DNA of 20,000 nucleotides from an uncultured virus (IMG/VR IMGVR_UViG_3300008117_000029) (lineage: Duplodnaviria > Heunggongvirae > Uroviricota > Caudoviricetes), in the IMG/VR virus record IMGVR_UViG_3300008117_000029, positions 117,795-137,794 of that record. One strand, given 5' to 3'. This document shows positions 16,545 through 20,000 of this stretch, piece after piece (the stretch's first letter is position 1; each line of letters starts with the position of its first letter). A program made the translations under genes and the position numbers. The notes under the pieces are model-generated. The model saw only the letters and a list, made by a program, of their open reading frames with translations. It did not search any database and was not told the origin of the DNA.

Positions 16545-17142
16545 AATCCAAAAATACGGAAACTTCAAACCGATTGGGAAACAAAAGAAAAAAAATCAAA
16601 TAATATTATGTCATACTTCAAGGGAGGTCGGGGAATTCCTGGTCTCCCTTAAATTTAGATATAATGGACAATATGATAAAATCCCAAACTACGTTGTAAC
16701 AAGAAAGGGTGAGGTTTTACAACTTCTACCAGAGTTAGGTCATTCGAACATATTTCCTAAGGAACAAATCAATAAGAACTCAGTCATAATATGTCTTGAG
16801 AACCTTGGATGGTTGGAAAAGAAACCATTAACCAATCATTATATTAACTGGATTGGAAGTATTTATAATGACAAGGTTTATGAAAAAAAATGGAGAGACT
16901 ACTTTTTTTGGCAACCTTACACTGACATTCAAATGGAATCAACAGCTGAACTGTGTAAAATGCTAGGAGAGTCGCTTAACATAAAACTGAGGTCAATAGG
17001 TCATAACACAAAAATCGATGGGATTACTGATTGGGAGGGAATAATTTCAAGGAGTAATATCGACACAATGTATACGGACCTAAATCCTTCATTTCAATTC
17101 GAGACCTTACAAAAATATTTTGAAAATGAACAATATGCTTAA
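16537..17142 (+). CDS. N-acetylmuramoyl-L-alanine amidase-like protein (Amidase_2 fold)
   Basis: IILCHT, PNYVVTRKGEVLQLL, NKNSVIICLEN, YTDIQ..S..ELC..L and TDLNPSF in family order. Confidence 0.72.
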   Translation: MLKIQKYGNFKPIGKQKKKNQIILCHTSREVGEFLVSLKFRYNGQYDKIPNYVVTRKGEVLQLLPELGHSNIFPKEQINKNSVIICLENLGWLEKKPLTNHYINWIGSIYNDKVYEKKWRDYFFWQPYTDIQMESTAELCKMLGESLNIKLRSIGHNTKIDGITDWEGIISRSNIDTMYTDLNPSFQFETLQKYFENEQYA

Positions 17143-17701
17143 CGAAGAAAGATACGATGAAATCAAATCTCTTTTGAAAAAATCGAGACTGATATTCGAA
17201 CAAGAGACACAAATCAATGTCGCCAAAGACCTTGAAAAAAGGATTGAAAGAGACAATCAATATGATACTGCGGTTTCTGATGAAGAGAAAGGTGAAAAAC
17301 CAACACCTGAAGACAAAACTCAGAAATATAGAATTTCAGGTGGAATCTTAGCCCTTCATGGTAAGGACAGAAGTGAATTGGATATTACAACAGACGATAA
17401 AGTTGCATTCCAAGAAACCATGGATGAATTCGTAGAAGAGGTTTCTGACCTTGTAGATTTCAATGTCTTGAATGTTTATCAAAATAATGTTGAATGGTCT
17501 GGGAAATTAATTGATGAAGACTTGGAATTTATCTTCACAATTGGGGAAGATAGTGGAATTTATATCAATGGACAAATGGTTAAGGTTGACCAAGAATTTC
17601 TGGATTTAATTAATAAACTTCAACAATTCTACCAAAAATTCAAATCCAAATGGGGTAAAGTTTTGGCGAGTAGAAAGAAAACAAAAGAATCACCAATTTA
17701 A
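17126..17701 (+). CDS. Hypothetical acidic protein, possibly virion/head-associated
   Basis: ORF 17120..17701 opens with TTG; ATG 17126 or 17135 is more likely. Has N-terminal LNE/IFE motifs. Confidence 0.65.
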   Translation: MNNMLNEERYDEIKSLLKKSRLIFEQETQINVAKDLEKRIERDNQYDTAVSDEEKGEKPTPEDKTQKYRISGGILALHGKDRSELDITTDDKVAFQETMDEFVEEVSDLVDFNVLNVYQNNVEWSGKLIDEDLEFIFTIGEDSGIYINGQMVKVDQEFLDLINKLQQFYQKFKSKWGKVLASRKKTKESPI

Positions 17702-17702
17702 T

Positions 17703-18065
17703 ATGATTAGTAAAATTCTAAATTTCTTAAAGAAACATTACATAACAATCCTTAAAGTTATTTTCGGATTGTTCATCCTTTATTATTTAATATTTTTCCT
17801 GACACCAAGGGTCCAAATGGCTGCCGACCAAAAACAACAACTTGATTCACTCAATGTTGTTATTAAGCAACTTCACGAAGATAATTTGAAATTGGAAAAC
17901 AAGATTTCTGATTTCAACAATGAAATTGAAAAAGTAGACCAAACTATCGGCAAAATAAAAAATCAAAAAACAATTGTCAAAGAAATTTATCATGAAAAAA
18001 TTAGCAATATTGATAAGCTTACTTCTCGTGAAGTCGATAGCTTTTTCACAGATAGATACAAGTAA
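17703..18065 (+). CDS. N-terminal TM plus coiled-coil protein (i-spanin/Rz-like architecture)
   Basis: Basic N-terminus, TM VIFGLFILYYLIFFL, about 60-aa coiled coil; its 3' end overlaps the next gene out of frame. Confidence 0.6.
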   Translation: MISKILNFLKKHYITILKVIFGLFILYYLIFFLTPRVQMAADQKQQLDSLNVVIKQLHEDNLKLENKISDFNNEIEKVDQTIGKIKNQKTIVKEIYHEKISNIDKLTSREVDSFFTDRYK

Positions 18066-18402
18066 GACTGAAAAGTGTTTTCCCTTACCTGTGGTTAAGC
18101 AAATAATGAAAGACTTAATAAGTGGAGATTCTGCAAAGGCACAATTGAAACTCACTGAATTCCAACTTATTGAAACCGAGAAAAAAGTAGGACTCAAGGA
18201 CAGCGTTATTACAATTCTTAGAGCAAAAGAAACGAATTATCTCACAATAATTGATTCTGAGAAACAAAAGTTTGATATCATGGAAAGATATTCAAAAAAA
18301 TTAGAATTTGATTTGAAGAAAGAGAAAGTAAAAAGTAAATTCAATTCTATCCTTGGCACAGGTCTGATTGCTGTATTAACGTTCTTTTTAATAACCAAAT
18401 AA
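17992..18402 (+). CDS. Exported coiled-coil protein with signal peptide and C-terminal TM (spanin-partner-like)
   Basis: Likely start ATG 17992: MKKLAILISLLLVKSIAFS/Q, a signal peptidase I-like site followed by Q. C-terminal ILGTGLIAVLTFFLI. Confidence 0.6.
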   Translation: MKKLAILISLLLVKSIAFSQIDTSKTEKCFPLPVVKQIMKDLISGDSAKAQLKLTEFQLIETEKKVGLKDSVITILRAKETNYLTIIDSEKQKFDIMERYSKKLEFDLKKEKVKSKFNSILGTGLIAVLTFFLITK

Positions 18403-18647
18403 TGGCATTTACAAATTCAGAAATAAAAGAAATTGAAACATTAGTCCGCAAGGAGGTTAGAAACTTTATGCAGAATAATACTGTCAAACAATTCGAGGAT
18501 AAACTTCTTGATACAATAAGAAAAGAAATCAAAAAAGGAAAACTCGAAGGTGATATAAAAGATATAACTCTTAGGATGTTCCGTGAATTTTACCAGTTCA
18601 TGTGGACCAACAGAGGTTATTGGGAACCTAGATTGAAAAACGCTTAA
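18402..18647 (+). CDS. Hypothetical helical protein
   Basis: 81 aa; TAATG overlap with the upstream gene. Confidence 0.7.
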   Translation: MAFTNSEIKEIETLVRKEVRNFMQNNTVKQFEDKLLDTIRKEIKKGKLEGDIKDITLRMFREFYQFMWTNRGYWEPRLKNA

Positions 18648-18648
18648 C

Positions 18649-19854
18649 ATGGGATTTAATGCTGCAGAACAATTCAAAAAAGCCATAGACAAGGCTTTCA
18701 CAACACAACCAAATGTAAAGTTGAATTCCTCAACTATGAAAGATGCAACTAGATTGAAACAATCATTTAAAGAAGAGAAACTAGAGGGTGGTAAGGCAGA
18801 TAAAATGAGTTTGGGTGACATTGCTCACAAACACAAGGTTGATGTCAAAAAACTTACACATGAATTTCTTAAAGGAGTCAAAATTGAGACTGAACACACC
18901 AAGGATAAGAACATGGCCAAAGAAATCGCTATGGACCACTTATATGAAGACCCAAAATATTATTCTAAGTTGAGTAAAATAGAAACTAAGGAGGACGATA
19001 AAGTTACCGCAAAAAGACAATTTGCGACAGATTTACAAGCCGATAAAGACTATATCGATTTTAAGAAGAGAGCGAAATACAAACAAGGATATAAGGAGTT
19101 TAACTTCGGTTTACCCAATGTAACGAAAGATGACCCTTACATCAAGAAAAGAAAGTGGGGTAGACCTGGCAAAGAGAAAACGAATGAAAAAGTAGATAAG
19201 GAGTTGAAAGGTAATGATAAAGATATGGTGGACGGAATCATTGAAATTCTGAATCAAATTAATGATAAAGGAAATAAGATGAAGGTTGCTAAAAACATGG
19301 TTCAAAAATTTAAGAAAGAAGGTGTAAAGTTTGATTACGATGACTTTTTTCAAAAGTGTGGGTTGGGAAAAAAAATTGAAAATAAGGAGGCGACAGGGTC
19401 AGGTTCATCAGGGGCATTTGCGGGTCCTATTGCATTTAAAGACAGTGATTTTCTAAGAAAGAGTTTTGCTGAAACTCCAAAACTTAAAGAGGGTATTGCA
19501 GTAAATGCAATGGGCCTCAATGGTATTGAAAAGGCTGAAACAAAAGAAGCGACAGGTTCGGGTTCAGTTGGTGGTTATGAAACACCTGCAATGTGGGCTA
19601 AATCCACAAAGAAAAAAGATTGGGGGCCAAGTAGGAAAACCCAAGTCCCTGGTGGTTCATTTGTAAAAGTAAAAAAGAAATGCACGAAATTCCCATATTG
19701 TAATCAGGGTGACATAAATGCTTTGAAAATTACGAAAAATGAGTCTGTAAAAGAAGCAATAAAATCAATTTCCAAAAAATTCAAAATCAGTGAAAATGTT
19801 ATTATCACAATATTGGAGCACGAGTTTGAGAAAATTAATAAAAGACCAAAATAA
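18649..19854 (+). CDS. Lys/Glu-rich mosaic protein with a DUF5661-like domain; possible head-internal protein
   Basis: KGVKIETEHTKD...AKEIAMDHLYEDPKYYSKL segment, two KEATGSGS.G repeats, and CTKFPYCNQG. Confidence 0.65.
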   Translation: MGFNAAEQFKKAIDKAFTTQPNVKLNSSTMKDATRLKQSFKEEKLEGGKADKMSLGDIAHKHKVDVKKLTHEFLKGVKIETEHTKDKNMAKEIAMDHLYEDPKYYSKLSKIETKEDDKVTAKRQFATDLQADKDYIDFKKRAKYKQGYKEFNFGLPNVTKDDPYIKKRKWGRPGKEKTNEKVDKELKGNDKDMVDGIIEILNQINDKGNKMKVAKNMVQKFKKEGVKFDYDDFFQKCGLGKKIENKEATGSGSSGAFAGPIAFKDSDFLRKSFAETPKLKEGIAVNAMGLNGIEKAETKEATGSGSVGGYETPAMWAKSTKKKDWGPSRKTQVPGGSFVKVKKKCTKFPYCNQGDINALKITKNESVKEAIKSISKKFKISENVIITILEHEFEKINKRPK

Positions 19855-19857
19855 AGA

Positions 19858-19865
19858 TATTTATA
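19858..19865 (+). promoter_or_regulatory. TATTTATA motif, candidate phage late promoter
   Basis: In the 26-nt gap before ATG 19881. Confidence 0.4.
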
Positions 19866-19880
19866 TTAAAAACACACATA

Positions 19881-20000
19881 ATGGACAAGTTTCAAAAACA
19901 TATTGACAATCTTATTTCTAAAATCCTCAATGAGGAAATCGAGAGCAAGGTTAAACAAATTACCGAAGAAAAAGGTGAATGGCAGGAAATTGAAGTTGAG
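19881..20000 (+). CDS. Hypothetical protein (3' partial; absent from the ORF track)
   Basis: MDKFQKHIDNLISKILNEEIESKVKQITEEKGEWQEIEVE, open to the window end, with an A-rich leader. Confidence 0.7.
   Translation, partial: MDKFQKHIDNLISKILNEEIESKVKQITEEKGEWQEIEVE

Noticed and set aside
605..19353. Minus-strand ORFs in the track (e.g. 605..865, 1236..1577, 8088..8423, 17847..18197, 18441..18821)
   Set aside because: All lie opposite longer + strand genes with recognisable motifs. Their sequences look like antisense shadows and have no motifs of their own.
1..20000. Stop-codon reassignment (none of the called genes ends in TAG)
   Set aside because: The standard code already gives near-complete coding density with no genes broken by TAG or TGA. 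Rare TAG use is expected in AT-rich genomes.
1..20000. tRNA, rRNA, intron or intein
   Set aside because: The largest non-coding gap is 91 nt and AT-rich with no cloverleaf, and I saw no intein or homing-endonuclease motifs in the primase, Rad50 or sigma proteins.

Overview
This AT-rich window (about one-third GC by eye) is densely coding, with every credible gene on the + strand and most genes abutting or overlapping. It reads as part of a large (jumbo-type) tailed phage genome whose host is probably a Bacteroidetes. Host evidence: TAnnTTTG/TTTG promoters, a Bacteroidetes-type primary sigma-70 homologue, an SprB-like repeat, a DUF6576-like domain and no obvious Shine-Dalgarno sites. Gene order: (1) two virion/tail-like genes; (2) a replication-recombination block (RuvC-like resolvase, primase, PD-(D/E)XK nuclease, Zn-ribbon, Mre11/SbcD, Rad50/SbcC) with three unrelated genes between Mre11 and Rad50; (3) an accessory island (putative restriction endonuclease, amino-methyltransferase, DenV-family glycosylase, unknown gene); (4) a sigma factor and terminator; (5) a lysis-like membrane/amidase/spanin-like block; (6) probable head-associated proteins. 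The strongest unexplained signals are: no GATC or GTAC found in 20 kb on a manual scan; four host-type promoter elements each exactly 4 nt before an ATG (likely leaderless cassettes); and an Mre11-Rad50 pair apparently split at an unusual point, with altered ABC motifs and an alveolin-like repeat gene in the gap. All family assignments come from motif recognition, not from database searches.
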